From Hypanus sabinus (lineage: Eukaryota): a stretch of DNA of 64,000 nt. The stretch lies in assembly GCF_030144855.1 (NCBI RefSeq), contig NC_082725.1, positions 61,194,001 through 61,258,000 on the forward strand. The letters are read 5' to 3'. Within the stretch, counting starts at the first letter, position 1; each line of letters opens with the position of its first letter. Made by a program: the position numbers and the translations under genes. Of the stretch, positions 13,113-25,384 are shown piece after piece. The notes under the pieces were generated by a model. It was not told the origin of the DNA, made no database searches, and saw nothing but the letters and a program-made list of their open reading frames with translations.

Positions 13113-13205
13113 ATGTCCACGGGAGACCAATACGAAGATGCTGACTGCGTGTGTTCCAATGGAATGAAAATCGCTTGGGACATTAACGATCCCAAACTGC
13201 CTCAG
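13113..13205 (+). CDS. gcm2: GCM2 transcription factor, coding exon 1 (MSTGDQYEDADCVCSNGMKIAWDINDPKLPQ)
   Basis: conserved GCM2 N-terminus (CVCS.GM...WDINDP..PQ); donor CAG|gtaac; in-frame stop upstream at 13089; 93 nt. Confidence 0.95.
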
Positions 13206-13714
13206 GTAACTCTCATCGCTGCTGGCAAAGTCCTTTCCTTAAATGGAACGAATTCAGACTGCTAATTATTAACACCCAGTCTGGGGCAGTTTGTAACTGA
13301 GAATTGATCCTAAATTGGCTTTTGAAATTCGTTAAATCTTCACTGCTTATGGCAAAGCACGGTGCGGGGATTCTAACGCGTTATTTTAAAAGTTTAAAAG
13401 TCTAAGGCCAAACTTTGGGATATATTGATTATTTAAGAGATGAGAGAAATTTAGGGGCAAAGCGGATAATGAGCCGACCCACCGGATATCAAACTTGATA
13501 GAGCAACCATGTTTTTAACTATGACACAGGTTTCCCTTTACCGTTGGCAAATTCGTCGGATTTTAAATAGAGCTCTTTTGAAAATCTGCTGGGGTTGTGT
13601 TAGAAGTACTATATACTATGTAAGGTATCAAAGGGACCGAAGGAACGGCGTTAGAACGATTAACCCCATGTTCTGGAGTATAAGGTCCCATACTCGGCTT
13701 TCACGCTTCGTAAA

Positions 13715-13880
13715 TAGAAATATAGAAAACCTACAATACGATACAGGCTCTTTGGCCCACAGCGCTGTGCCGAACATGTACTTACTTTAGAAATTGCCTA
13801 GGGTTACTCATAGCCATCTATTTTTCTAAGCTCCATGCACCTATCCAGGAGTCTCTTAAAATACCCTACTGTATCCTCCA
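13715..13880 (-). mobile_element. CR1 3' tail fragment in intron 1
   Basis: atagaaatatagaaaacctac...ggcccacag...ctcttaaa, the reverse complement of the CR1 tail seen at 47820-47975. Confidence 0.7.
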
Positions 13881-14759
13881 GATCCGCCAAATTCGTTCCT
13901 ATGAAAAGATTGGATGATGTAACTAAAAGTGATCACAAATTCGCATATGTTTAACATTTGCTGTAATATGGGGATCAGATTATCTTAATTTCTGTAATTA
14001 AAATTAATTGCAAAAAAATTGTGAACGTTTTTGCCTAAAGCACATCCATTGAAATGAGGCAATAGCGCAGAAGAAATTTTAAGTTAATGCAATGTGGTAA
14101 TCTGAAATTTTAAAAAAACTAAAATGCTGGACAAGAGACATCTTCGACCGGAAACACTGATGTACACAAGACAATAACTCTGTAAAAGTAAGGGGTTTGT
14201 TTCTCCAAATTCTTTATTTATTTTTCATAGTTATTATATAACCGGTTCCATTTGTGAATTCACACTCCGGATTAATAATTGGCAATCAAAACTTGTAAGT
14301 TGTTGGCTAGTGAGATCAGAGTAGACCGGACCATTTACAAACTGTCGCCGGGTTGGTAACATCAGGATTATGGGTAGTCGTGACAAACAAACAATGTCCA
14401 GCATTAAAAGTCTAATTTTCATACATATATTCGTTTCTTAACAATGGCTTCACTTCCAGTGATTGTTATTTCTTATCAGCCCTGTTAAGGCTTTTGATAC
14501 TATTCGTTGCAGCAGCCGCATGACTAGATGGCCGAAGGGCCCATTTGTGCTGTACTTTTCTATGACTTTCTGACAGTATAACATTGCGGAGGTACAGTTG
14601 AGTGATCTTTGTATTTTTTCCAATTTAAGGCCAAAGTTGATGGCCATCCACATAAACAGAATCCGTTCTTGACCTGGAGATCGCCAGTAAATGTTTGTTT
14701 ATAAAAAAACGTTTGTTCTGCTTCTTACAAGAATCAATGATTTTGTGTGCAATTTTCAG

Positions 14760-15012
14760 GATGTGAAGCAATTTGACACGTTTCAGGAATGGACGGATGG
14801 TTACGTGAGATATATTTATGTGGCCGACGATAAAAATGCGCAGAGGCACCTGAGTGGCTGGGCGATGAGAAACACCAACAACCACAACTGCCAGATCCTG
14901 AAGAAGTCTTGCCTGGGAGTGGTGATTTGCTCCAGTAACTGTACACTCCCCGGCGGGGGCAAACTGCAACTCAGGCCCGCGATTTGCGACAAGGCTCGCC
15001 AGAAGCAGCAGA
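14760..15012 (+). CDS. gcm2: GCM2 coding exon 2 (GCM DNA-binding domain)
   Basis: [55 protein letters not shown]; ttttcag| and |gtaagt; 253 nt. Confidence 0.98.
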
Positions 15013-15099
15013 GTAAGTATCCTAGTGCCGGATCATTTCCTCACAGAATCATTCTGACATTTCTTCAAATTTAATGCAGGTCTAAACTTGTTAACAAAA

Positions 15100-15900
15100 C
15101 AGCAGGAAGCAAATCTGAAAAGGCAGTTGAAACGAAGTTGCTGGAGTCATGAGCAACAATGCTGGATAAACTCTACAGGCCAGGCAGCATCTAGGAAAAG
15201 AGTACGTCCAGCCGATGTTTCAGGTCCTACCCGGCCTGGGAGTTCCTCTAGCATGTTGTGTGTGTTTCTCGGATTTCCCAGCATCTGCAGATTTTTTCTT
15301 GTTTGTGCTGGAGACATGAAGGCGTTTTCTGCAAATGCAAGTGTTTAAATAAAGTCCATGGACTTAAAATGAAACTTGAAATGCATTCTTTTCACTCCAC
15401 ATCGGTACTTCTGAAATTAATATAAAATGAGAGAATACTGGAAACACTGACGCAGTAAGGCTGCATCTGTGGAGAGAGAAACAGATCCTTCATGTGAAGG
15501 AGAGAAATGAAGCTGGGTGGGTGAGGAGAAATATTTGATAGGGTAAAACCAAGGTGACAGTGAGAGGTTATGAAAAAGGTTATCTGGTCGATGACTGCGT
15601 GCCAGCAGTTAGAGAGACAAAAAGGAACACACACAAAATACTGGAGGAACTTTTGTCCTCAACAGGACAAAGGATGTGGGAATTGTGAAATGCAGAGAAG
15701 GAGGTCATGCCTGGCAGGTGAAGGTGAGCATGTCATTATTTCCAGAGAGAAAGGAAAAATAAAGGGAAAAATAGACAAGCAGAGCCAGTATCACAGATGG
15801 ATGACTGGTGCAGACAGTAATCTAGTTACCTGAGTTCTGTAATGAATTCAGAAAGCTCCAATGTACCCAGACTGTAGGTGTTCTCCCTTAATCGTGTTTT
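15100..15900. mobile_element. Penelope-like element fragments
   Basis: recurrent terminal motif (caggcagcatct / ccagcatctgcag) and purine-rich body. Confidence 0.6.
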
Positions 15901-16439
15901 GGGCACAGTGTAAAGATGTTGAGGCCACAGACCAACATGTCAGAGTGGGATTGTGACACATTTCTACTTCAGAATTTGCTGCCTCTATAGCAATCAAATG
16001 TGCCTTGGCTTCACGTTAAAAATAAATTGTTATCAGGAATTATCCAAAAAAACAACACATTGTGGGGGATTGCTGGCAACACTCAGCAGGGCAGGCAGAA
16101 TGGAGAATGGTACAGGATTATTGGCCACCACAACACTTAAAATTGCATTTTGCCAATACGTACCCACTGTAGGGTAGGGCCCTGGAAAGAGCCACCAGTG
16201 AAGGGTTCCCCACTGGGTATTCAGCTGACCCGCTGAGGCCAGCACTGTGGTCTGCTTTTCATTTCTTTATTTATACTTCCACATTTCTTACACAACATAG
16301 AAGGGACCATTCAGCCCATCAAGTCCATGCCAGCTCTACGAGCAACCCCATCAATCTCATTGCCCCACTTACCTCCCTGCAACCTATTCCTTCTGAAGTG
16401 TTTATTACCACAACCCCAATTCTCCCACCAATCACACAC

Positions 16440-17185
16440 CATTTCAGAAGACCTGACCCGGACACAGCACATAAGTGCAATTATGAAGAAAGCATGGCAG
16501 TGGCTTTACTTCCTTAAAAGTTTGTGAAGATTCAGCATATCATCAAAAACTTTGTCAAACTTGTACATGTGTAGTGGAGAGTATCTTGACTAGTTATATC
16601 ACAGCCTGCTATGACACCAATGCCCTTGTATGGAATATCCTACAGAAAGTAGTGGATCCAGCCCAGTCTATCATAAATAAAGCCCTTCCCACCATTGAGC
16701 ACAACTACATGGAGCACTGTCGTAGGAAAGCAGCATCCATCATCAGAGACCCCCACCACACAGGTCATGCTGTCTTCTTACTGTTGCCATCAGGAAGAAG
16801 GTTTAGGAGCCTCAGGACTCACATTACCAGGTTCAAGAACGGTTATTACCTTTCAACCACCAGGCTATTGAACTAAAGAGGATAACTTCACTTGCCCCAT
16901 CACTGAACTGTTCCCACTAATTATAGACTCACTTTCAAGGACCCTTCATCTCATGTTCTTGATATTTATTGCTAATTTATTTATTATTGTTATTTTTTTT
17001 CTTTTGTTTTTGCACAATTTGATGTCTTTCACTCGTTGGTTGCTTGTCCATCCTGTTGGGTGTGGTATACTTCATTGATTCAGTTTGACTCCTGGATTTA
17101 CTGAGTATGCCTGCTAGAAAATGAATCTCAGGATTGTATATGATGACATATATGTACTTGGGTATAAACTTACTTTGAACTTTGA
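16440..17185 (+). mobile_element. Rex1/Babar-like LINE 3' fragment
   Basis: KKAWQWLYFLKSL, ESILT..IT, LLPSGRRFRSLRT..RFKN; tail ttactttgaactttgaa. Confidence 0.8.
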
Positions 17186-19689
17186 ATTTCAAACCATCTA
17201 CATACTGGAGACAATTTATAGTAACTGATTAACCTACCAATTCTCATGTCTTTGTAAAGGAGTGCATCTGGAGAAACACATAAGGTCACAGAAAGAATGT
17301 GCAAACTCAATACAGATGACAGGATTGAACTGGGTTGCTGAGGTTGTATTGTCAAAATAATTATTTTTAAGTAGATGTATTTTTAAATTATATTTCTATT
17401 TCAACTGTTATCTGATAGTTGTCCGGAATACTTGGAAATAGTTGTAATTTCTTTTGGCATTAGTCATTTGAGAGAGAGGCCTCAAACCAGCTAGGGCTCC
17501 AGACCTAAGGCCTATTTACCTGAGACCCAGTTGCCCAGTTACTACACAAGACCCACTCAGGTTCCCAAGATGGCATGGCTATGTGGCTTTGAACTTGGTT
17601 AGATATATGGGGCACAGAAATTCAGCAGGGCTGCAAAGAACTGTGCATGAGGTAAATCTAGCATGAGTTGGTCCTTTTCTTCTTTGACTGAGGCTAAAGT
17701 AAGGTTATTAATACAATAAGATAAAGCATCATTCTACTAGAAAAGTATTTTATCAGATTTGTTATCCTTTCCTGTGGTAAATGTAGAGATTGATTGCCTT
17801 TCCTGGAAGAGTAATTGGAATTATTGTACAAACCACCATTTTCAAATTAATTTTGATTATGTGAAAGTTCTCATCAAAAAGCAACATGAGATTGCAGCAT
17901 AAAAAGGTACCGCAGAAATAGGATTTTACATGAACCATGCACTCTTCTATTCCTTTATAAAGTAATTATACCCATTTAGACAAATATATATGCTCCATCC
18001 TGACAACTGCTGAAGAAATCATATTTCTTTATCACATTGGAAGCATTCTTCCTATCTCAGAACAAGCTCATCAACTCCCATCCCTATGTAGTTCTTTTAA
18101 GCTACTTTCTTTCATGTGCTCATTAACTCCCTCCTAATTATCCGCTTGCACAGGGGGCAATTAATCTACCAATCTGCATGTCTTTGGTATGGGGAAGAAA
18201 CCCATGTGGTCACCAAGAGAATATGCAAACCCCATTCAACCACCACAGGTATTCAGATTTGAATGTGTGTTATTGGAGCCCATGAGTCAGCAAATTACCA
18301 GACCTGCCACTGTCTGCTCTATTTTCCGTGTTCTATTTCACCTCCAGGTAAAGATGTGTTTTGTTCTGCTCTCTAGCTAACATTTTGCTGCACTCTACTA
18401 CACCTTCCTCTATTATGTCTTTATAATTTTGATAAGCTCTGTCAAATATAAACTCAAATGGAATGATACCTCCAACTCTTCAAATCTCTTTTTGTAGCTC
18501 TCACCCTCATTGTTGATAGCATAATATTGACAGAGGCTTAACTGAAAATTCATTCATAACTCTTGAGATAGGTAAGGACACCAGGGACCCAAATTAGCAG
18601 ACAAGCATCAACAGAATATTTTAAGGAAAACTCTTTGTGTTAAACTATGGCAATGTTTCCAAAACAATTTTTCATTCCAGAGCAGCTATTGGTAACTGTG
18701 AAGTGTAGTGTATGTTCCACAGTCAACCATAGACCATAAAGAACAAAGGAAATTGACAGATGTGCATGAAGGTTGCAAATTCAGGACTTCAGTCCCTGGT
18801 CTGCTGCCTTTTAAAGGGTGTTATTCAGGTGTTATTCTTACAATTAGAAATGTTAAAAAAAAAAGGTTTAGACAATACTCAATGGACAACCAGATTGTTT
18901 TGTTTTAGCCAGTGTTGCACTCGATTGGAATTTATTACACTCAATTTTCAATCATGTTCAGGAAGAATCTTGAATCTTCTGCTCTTTGACTTCTTAGAAC
19001 ATGCCAGGGACTTAATGCTTTGTGGCTATTTTTGTTCTCAACCATACTAGAAGTAACCCTGCATCAATGCAAAAGAGCAACAAAGACCATTAGGTATAAG
19101 AACAGAATTAGGCTATTTGACCTATCTAGTCTGCTCCACCATAAAGCCATGACTGTTTTTTCCTTCAACCCCATTCACCTGGCTTCTCTCTGTAACTCTT
19201 AATCCTGTATCAATAAAGAAGCTATCAATCTCTGCCACAATTGATAAAATGGGTAGAGTACTGGCCGACAGAATTTAATCCTAGTAAGTGTGAAGTAAGG
19301 CTCTTTGGGAGGTCTAATTAGATACAGTAGGTCTACACAGGTAGGGCCCAAATAAGTAACGAAGAACAGGGGTCTTGATGTACAAGACCCTGTATCCCTA
19401 AAGGTGGCAACAGGGGTAAATAAGATAAATTAAGTCTTTGTAGGCACATACTCATCCACACAGGTTTTAATGAAGTCAACAATAACTGTAGCATTCTCAT
19501 CCAGTTTCAAAGATGAATCCTTGAAAACGGTCCAGACCACCAATTCAAAGCAGTCCTGTAAATGCTCCTGTTCTTCTCTTGTCCATACCTTCTGGACCCT
19601 CAGTACTGGTGCTGTCGTCTTCTGTCTCTGCCTCAGGGAGAGAGAGTACAGCCAGGTGATTATATTCCTTTTTTCAAAGAAAGGGGTTT

Positions 19690-21140
19690 CTTTGTTGAGA
19701 AGGTGCAGAAAAGATTCACGATGTTGTTATCAAGACTGGAGGACTTGATTTATAAAGAGATACTGAATAGGCTGGGATTTTATTCCCCAGAGTGTCTGAA
19801 GCTGATTTTATAGTATAACATCATTAAGGGTGAAGTGTCATAAATCAGGTGTTGAATCAGGACCCAACTGCAGGACACAGACACTGGAGTCCCAGAAACA
19901 GGACAATACGGAACCCAAGGACAGGACGGGATGCAGTCTAAGCAGGACCAGGATGAGAGACTGGGAACAAGGAGCCTGGGGTGGACTCAGAGCCTAAGAC
20001 TGGACAAGGACCCTGAACCTGGGTCTTGTTTCGGACCCCCAAACCCAGGCAAGGACGTGACGAGGCTTGGCTAGGGACGTGGGGTCTCGAGGCCGGAGGC
20101 TGCAGGCTTGGAGCTTGGGAAACTCAGAGGCTGGAGCTAGGGGGCAGACTAGGAACTGTACATCAACATGGAGCCAGGACTTATCCTCCAACTAGCCAGG
20201 ACTCATCTATAACCATCCATCAGGTAACAGCAGAACAGCCTGACCTACCCAACAGAGGCAAAGACAAGACAAGACGAATTCCCCCCACAGGGCAACAGCA
20301 GAACAGCCTTACTTACCCCACAGAGGCAAGGACAAGATAAGACAGATCCCCGCACAGGGCAACAGCAGAAAAGCCAGACTTACCCCATAGGGGCAAGGAC
20401 AGAAAGAGACAAACACAAAGGAACAACAGACCATCAGCAGACACCTCTGCATCGGGGTAGCTCCGAGTAGCCGTTACAGCCAGCAGCCTTGGCTGGCTAC
20501 AGAAGCAACCAGATCCCTACCTGGCTCAGGGTGGCTGATGGCCACCCAGCTAGCCCAGGAAACAGCTGAATCCATACCACAATGGCCACTTTGACTACTA
20601 CCAGCAAGGCTCCCAGAAGCCATGGTTCTCCAACACAGCCTCAAGGATGGCAAGAGTTCATTCTAGCCTTCCACCAGCTACCTGTACTATGAGTATGTTA
20701 GCCAGCCAGCCACACTCAATACCAGGGCCACTTATATTCCCAGTTCCAATATGAGCCTCAGGTGTTTCTAGTTAAGTCCAACCGCAGCAAGGGACTGCCA
20801 GAAAACCCAGAGTCCGCAGACCGGACCACGGACTGAACCACCACATGAAGATGAGGAGGATGGTCACAATCATTTTCCCAGGGTAGAGGAGTCTAAAACT
20901 CCAGGACATAAGTTTAAAGCCTGAGGGGAAAGATTTAAAAGGGACTTGAGGGAAAACCTTTTAACCCAGAGAACGGTGGGTACGTAGAATGAGCTACCAG
21001 AGAACGTAGTAGAGACAGGTGCAATTACAATGTTTAAACAGGCATTAAAAATGTGTAGAGAGGTATGGACCTAATGCAGGAAAGGCTTGTAGAGATATAT
21101 TAATCAGGATGGTAGAAGGTTACCATGCTGTCTGAGTCTC
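19690..21140 (+). mobile_element. CR1 3' fragment interrupted by a solo LTR
   Basis: EKVQKRFTMLLSRLE before 19835; CR1 3' sequence resumes after 20850. Confidence 0.75.
19836..20845 (-). mobile_element. solo LTR (1010 bp)
   Basis: TGT...ACA termini, exact 5-bp TSD TGAAG (19831-35 and 20846-50), TATAA on the minus strand at ~20731, internal ~60-bp tandem repeats at 20220-20410. Confidence 0.8.
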
Positions 21141-22140
21141 TGACTCTAGGCAGTCTGCTTTTGTTTTGCTGACATAAAACACATTGCAGTGTTATGTCAT
21201 TTGCAGACTTTGAAATTACTCTTTGAATGTAACAACCTTCCACTATTTAATTCAATTATTGTCGATCAGCATCTCAATTGCCGCAGGTTTCGTGATGTCC
21301 TTTCCTTAAAAAAATATTTTCATCTCCCCCTCAATGAATCCAGTATCCAGTACTTTCATTTTCTTTCCTCACATTTCCTTCAGACTTAGAAAGATGTCAT
21401 TCAGCCCATCAAGTCTAGGTTAGTTCTCAGGGAAATCATTCCCCCACCCATTTCTCTGTATAAACTATTCTGTCTCACATCTCTATCACCTCTGCTCTCC
21501 TACACTAAAGATAGTTTATGGCAGCCAATTAACCTACAAACCAGAATGTCTTTGGGGTGTGAGTATCTGTAGGGGGAGGGAATGATAGATACATTCATTC
21601 AAAATCCACTCACAAATCCAGCTCAACCTGTTGAGTTCCACCAGCAGCAGACTGTTTGTCATTCCGGATGACAAACTCTTGTGTCTCCAAAAGTAATGTG
21701 GTCTTAAAGGGTTTTCACTCAAAACATCAACAATTCCTTTTCCACTACAGTTGCTGCTTGACTTTACCCAGCGGATTGTACGTTGCCTCACTTAGTTTTT
21801 CTTGTTTTTCCTGATCCCATCGTGGAGGTGTCACTTTGGAAATTTGACTTTCAGTGGAAACCCTCGGTCAGAAGCTAGATGTTAAAAAAAACTGCAGATG
21901 CTGGAAACACCCAGCAAGTCAGGCAGCATCTGTGGAAAGAGAAAGTTAATGTTCCAGGCTGAAGATCCTCTATCAGGGTTTAAACCTACATTAAACACTG
22001 GCAATGGGCAACACTCCCATTGGAGGACTAACTTTAAGGATCATCTCTCAGATATAATTTCCAGATTCCATTGGTGTTGTAACATTTTGTGTCCTGTTTC
22101 TCTGTTACAACAAAAGTTAATATGTAGCTTTGCTTTCCAG

Positions 22141-22253
22141 AGAAAATGTGTCCGAACTGTAACTCAGGATTGGAGTTGGTTCCATGTCGAGGTCACAGTG
22201 GCTATCCAGTAACTAACTTTTGGAGACTTGATGCCAAAGCCATATTTTTCCAG
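22141..22253 (+). CDS. gcm2: GCM2 coding exon 3
   Basis: [37 protein letters not shown]; tttccag| and |gtaagg; 113 nt, completes the phase-1 codon from exon 2. Confidence 0.98.
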
Positions 22254-22529
22254 GTAAGGCTTCTCAGGAGACAAAAGAGAATATTAAATGTTCTTTAATC
22301 CCTCATCAGACCTCAGTTTGGTCTTCTGCATGATCGGTACCCAAAATGAAGTCCAGCGCACCAAATCTGACCAGATTTGGACATCTGACAACCTTTAGGT
22401 TGTCGCTGCTGAAGGGATCCAACATTTTACCATGTGTGGGGAATACAGCAGAGATCTTCCTTCCACAACCCCCAACAGTGCAGTCATTATAGGGAGCTAG
22501 TGAGAGGGTCAGAGAGATTATATTGGTCA

Positions 22530-23480
22530 AGGAGAGAGTCATAGTCAAAGAGTTTATTTTACATTTGCACAAGCACATGTATGCACCGATGCAATGAAAA
22601 ACTTATTTGCGACAGCCTCATGGGCATCAGATATACAACGTTCACAAGAAAAACAAAAATAAACATGTGATGGACAATTTTATGAGAAAGAACACAATTA
22701 GAATAAAACAAAACAAAGTAGATATTAGAACAAAGTGATCAAAGTGGTCAGAGTGTTGCTATACTGAGTGTAACAGCCAAACCAAACCAAACCAAAATAA
22801 TTGCTGCTGTTGGCTACCCTAAAGATACGTTGCATGATCTACCCTTACTTCTGTAATGATTGCTCCAAAGGTCGAGGATATGCATTTGATCCTTTATTAG
22901 CAATTAGCAAACATATCATCTTGAAGCTAGAAAACTTGATTGTATACAAGTGTAACTGAAGCGTAACTGAGCATTATTGAGTGATCAGTGACCAGCTACT
23001 ACAAACTGCAATGAACAAAGCATTAAGATGTAACTTATTCCCTTCACTTTTACCACCCCCCCCCCCACCACTACACATATGACTAGTTGCCATAATAAGC
23101 ACGCAACACAGAACACAATCCAGATAGGGAACAGATGCATGGCTCCTACAATAAAGTAGTGCTAAAGTTTGTGCAGGTTCAAGAACCAAATAGTTGAAGG
23201 GAAGAAATTGTTCTTGAACTTTTGTGGTTTGGGAATTCAGGCTTCTGCATCTCCTGCCCGATAATAGCTGCAAAAAGATGGCAAGGCCTGGATGGTGGAG
23301 ATCTTTGATAGATGTTCCCTTCTTCAGGCAGCACCTCATGCAGGTATACCAATGTTAGGGAGGTACTGGACTGAGTCTACTACTCTGCAGCTTCTTACTT
23401 TCTTGAACATTCACATTACTGTACCAGGCCATGAGGAAATCAGTCGGAATACTTCCAACAGAACATCTGTGGATGTTTGG
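22530..23480 (-). mobile_element. Rex/Babar-like LINE fragments
   Basis: minus ORF HHPGLAIFLQLLSGRRCRSL. Confidence 0.65.
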
Positions 23481-23489
23481 CAGCTGTGT

Positions 23490-24340
23490 TGAGTAGGCAG
23501 CGATGGTGGGAGTGAGGGCAGCATTGGATTGAGAGCGCGAGTGGGAGTGGAGGCAAGGTCGGGTACATAACAAGGCTGAGAGTGGAAAAGAGAACCATAA
23601 AAGGGAGGTTATTTCAAAAGCTGTGTGTCTGGGGGGCTGAGTGAGACACTAAATGGCACATGCGGAAAGAGCTGGTCTGACACTGATGACACTACAGCCT
23701 GAAAGCTGAGAGAGGCTTCAGTGGAGTCTGAACAGAAGTGTGGAAAAGGACAAGTTTGACTGAGGCAGGCAGAACTGAAAAAGTAAGGATGAGCCTGAGC
23801 AGAAAGGAGCAGAGCACTGGGAATACTTTGGCTGTAAAGTGGAACTGAGTGCAAGGGGAGAATCAAAACTGTGGTGAGACTGTAGAATAGATCACAGTCA
23901 TGTCAGGAAATGGAGCAACAAGCAAGAGGGCACAGCTAGTGGAGCAGAGTGAGATTTAAGGAAGTGGAGCTAAGACTTGGGAGGACCATCAAGATACAGG
24001 ACAGGAGTCACCTGGAAATGATAAGAGGGAGAGCAGAGTGAAAGACTGGAGAATTCAGAGCATTGGGGAAGAGGGACTGAGAATGAATCGGGTGTGATAT
24101 TCTGACCACTAGGAGTGAGGCTAGATCAGAGAGTAATGTCACAACAGAGTGAGGAGTGGACTGATGGAGATTAGGAGTACAGAGCTTTGAGAAAGTGAGA
24201 GATAGACCAATGGCTGAGGCAGGAGAGAAGCAGAGTCAGGAGACAGTGAGGCTGAGTGGAGACCTAGAATGAACATTGCATAGAGCGGGGAAGTGAGACT
24301 GAAAAAGTTAGTGGAATGGAAGAAGAATGTTCCTGAGAGA
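23490..24340. repeat. purine-rich (GA/GAG) low-complexity tract
   Basis: strong G/A strand bias, with repeated gagtg and gagcagag words. Confidence 0.5.
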
Positions 24341-24544
24341 GGATCGTTACGTGAATTGCCTTCTAATTTATTGGAATTGACCTTAAGACCAGTTTTCTTA
24401 CAAAACTTATCAAGGACCATGAGGTCTGTCAACATACCTTTGAGAGAATGACTCAAGCAATTTCAAATTAGTCTTTTAAACATTAAACAAAATGCAAAGA
24501 AATATTTAGACATGTGCAGATGCTTGAAGGAAAAGCTGGGATAT

Positions 24545-25075
24545 TAGAGTCCTACAGCACAGAATTATATTTCCCTCTACCACCATCCTGGCAGCACAAT
24601 CCAGACGCTCACTACTCCCTGTGTGTTTTAAAAAAAAACAACTTTCCTACACATCTCCTTTGAATTTTCTGCCCTCACCTTAAGTGCATGCCCTTTACTA
24701 TTAGACATTTCAACCCTGGGAAAAAAATACCGGCTGCCAGAGAAAATGACTCCAGTTTGTTCATCCTCTCCTTATAGTGCATGTCTTCTAAAACAGGCAG
24801 CATCCTGGCAAATATTTTCTGTATCCTCTCCAAAGCTTTTATATCCTTCCTACAATGATTCAACCAGAACTGAATGCAACATTCCAGATACAGTCTAACA
24901 AGCGGCCTCTAAAGCTGCAGCTTGTGTGTCTTGAACTTACAGCTTCAACTTATAAAGGCAAGCACATTACCACTCTTAACTTGTGCAGCTACCTTCAGGG
25001 AACTATGGACTTGGAGCCCAAGATTCTGCCATCCAACAGCACTGTTAAGCCTTAGAGTTGACCCTCTTGAAGTTT
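24545..25075 (-). mobile_element. CR1 3' fragment
   Basis: HCRKDIKALERIQKIFARMLPVLE. Confidence 0.8.
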
Positions 25076-25384
25076 AGCCTGAAATGATTCAAGAGCAGCT
25101 GAGTTTCAACAGGAATCACTTTCAACTATCAAAAATGATAAAGACCATTCCTGCTGGAGGAACTGGAGAGGGCAATAGACAGCCGACATTTCAGCTCAAG
25201 ACATTAATGGTCCATTTTCCTCTGCAGATGTTACCTGAACCCATTGAGTTCCTTGAGCAGTGTTTTCTTTTGCTCCAGATTCCACCATTAAAAATTGGTA
25301 AATTGGTTTATTATTGTCATATTTACCAAGCATCAGTTCGATAACAGAAGTGATGGCTTTGTGACCACATTGTGGATAATTCAA

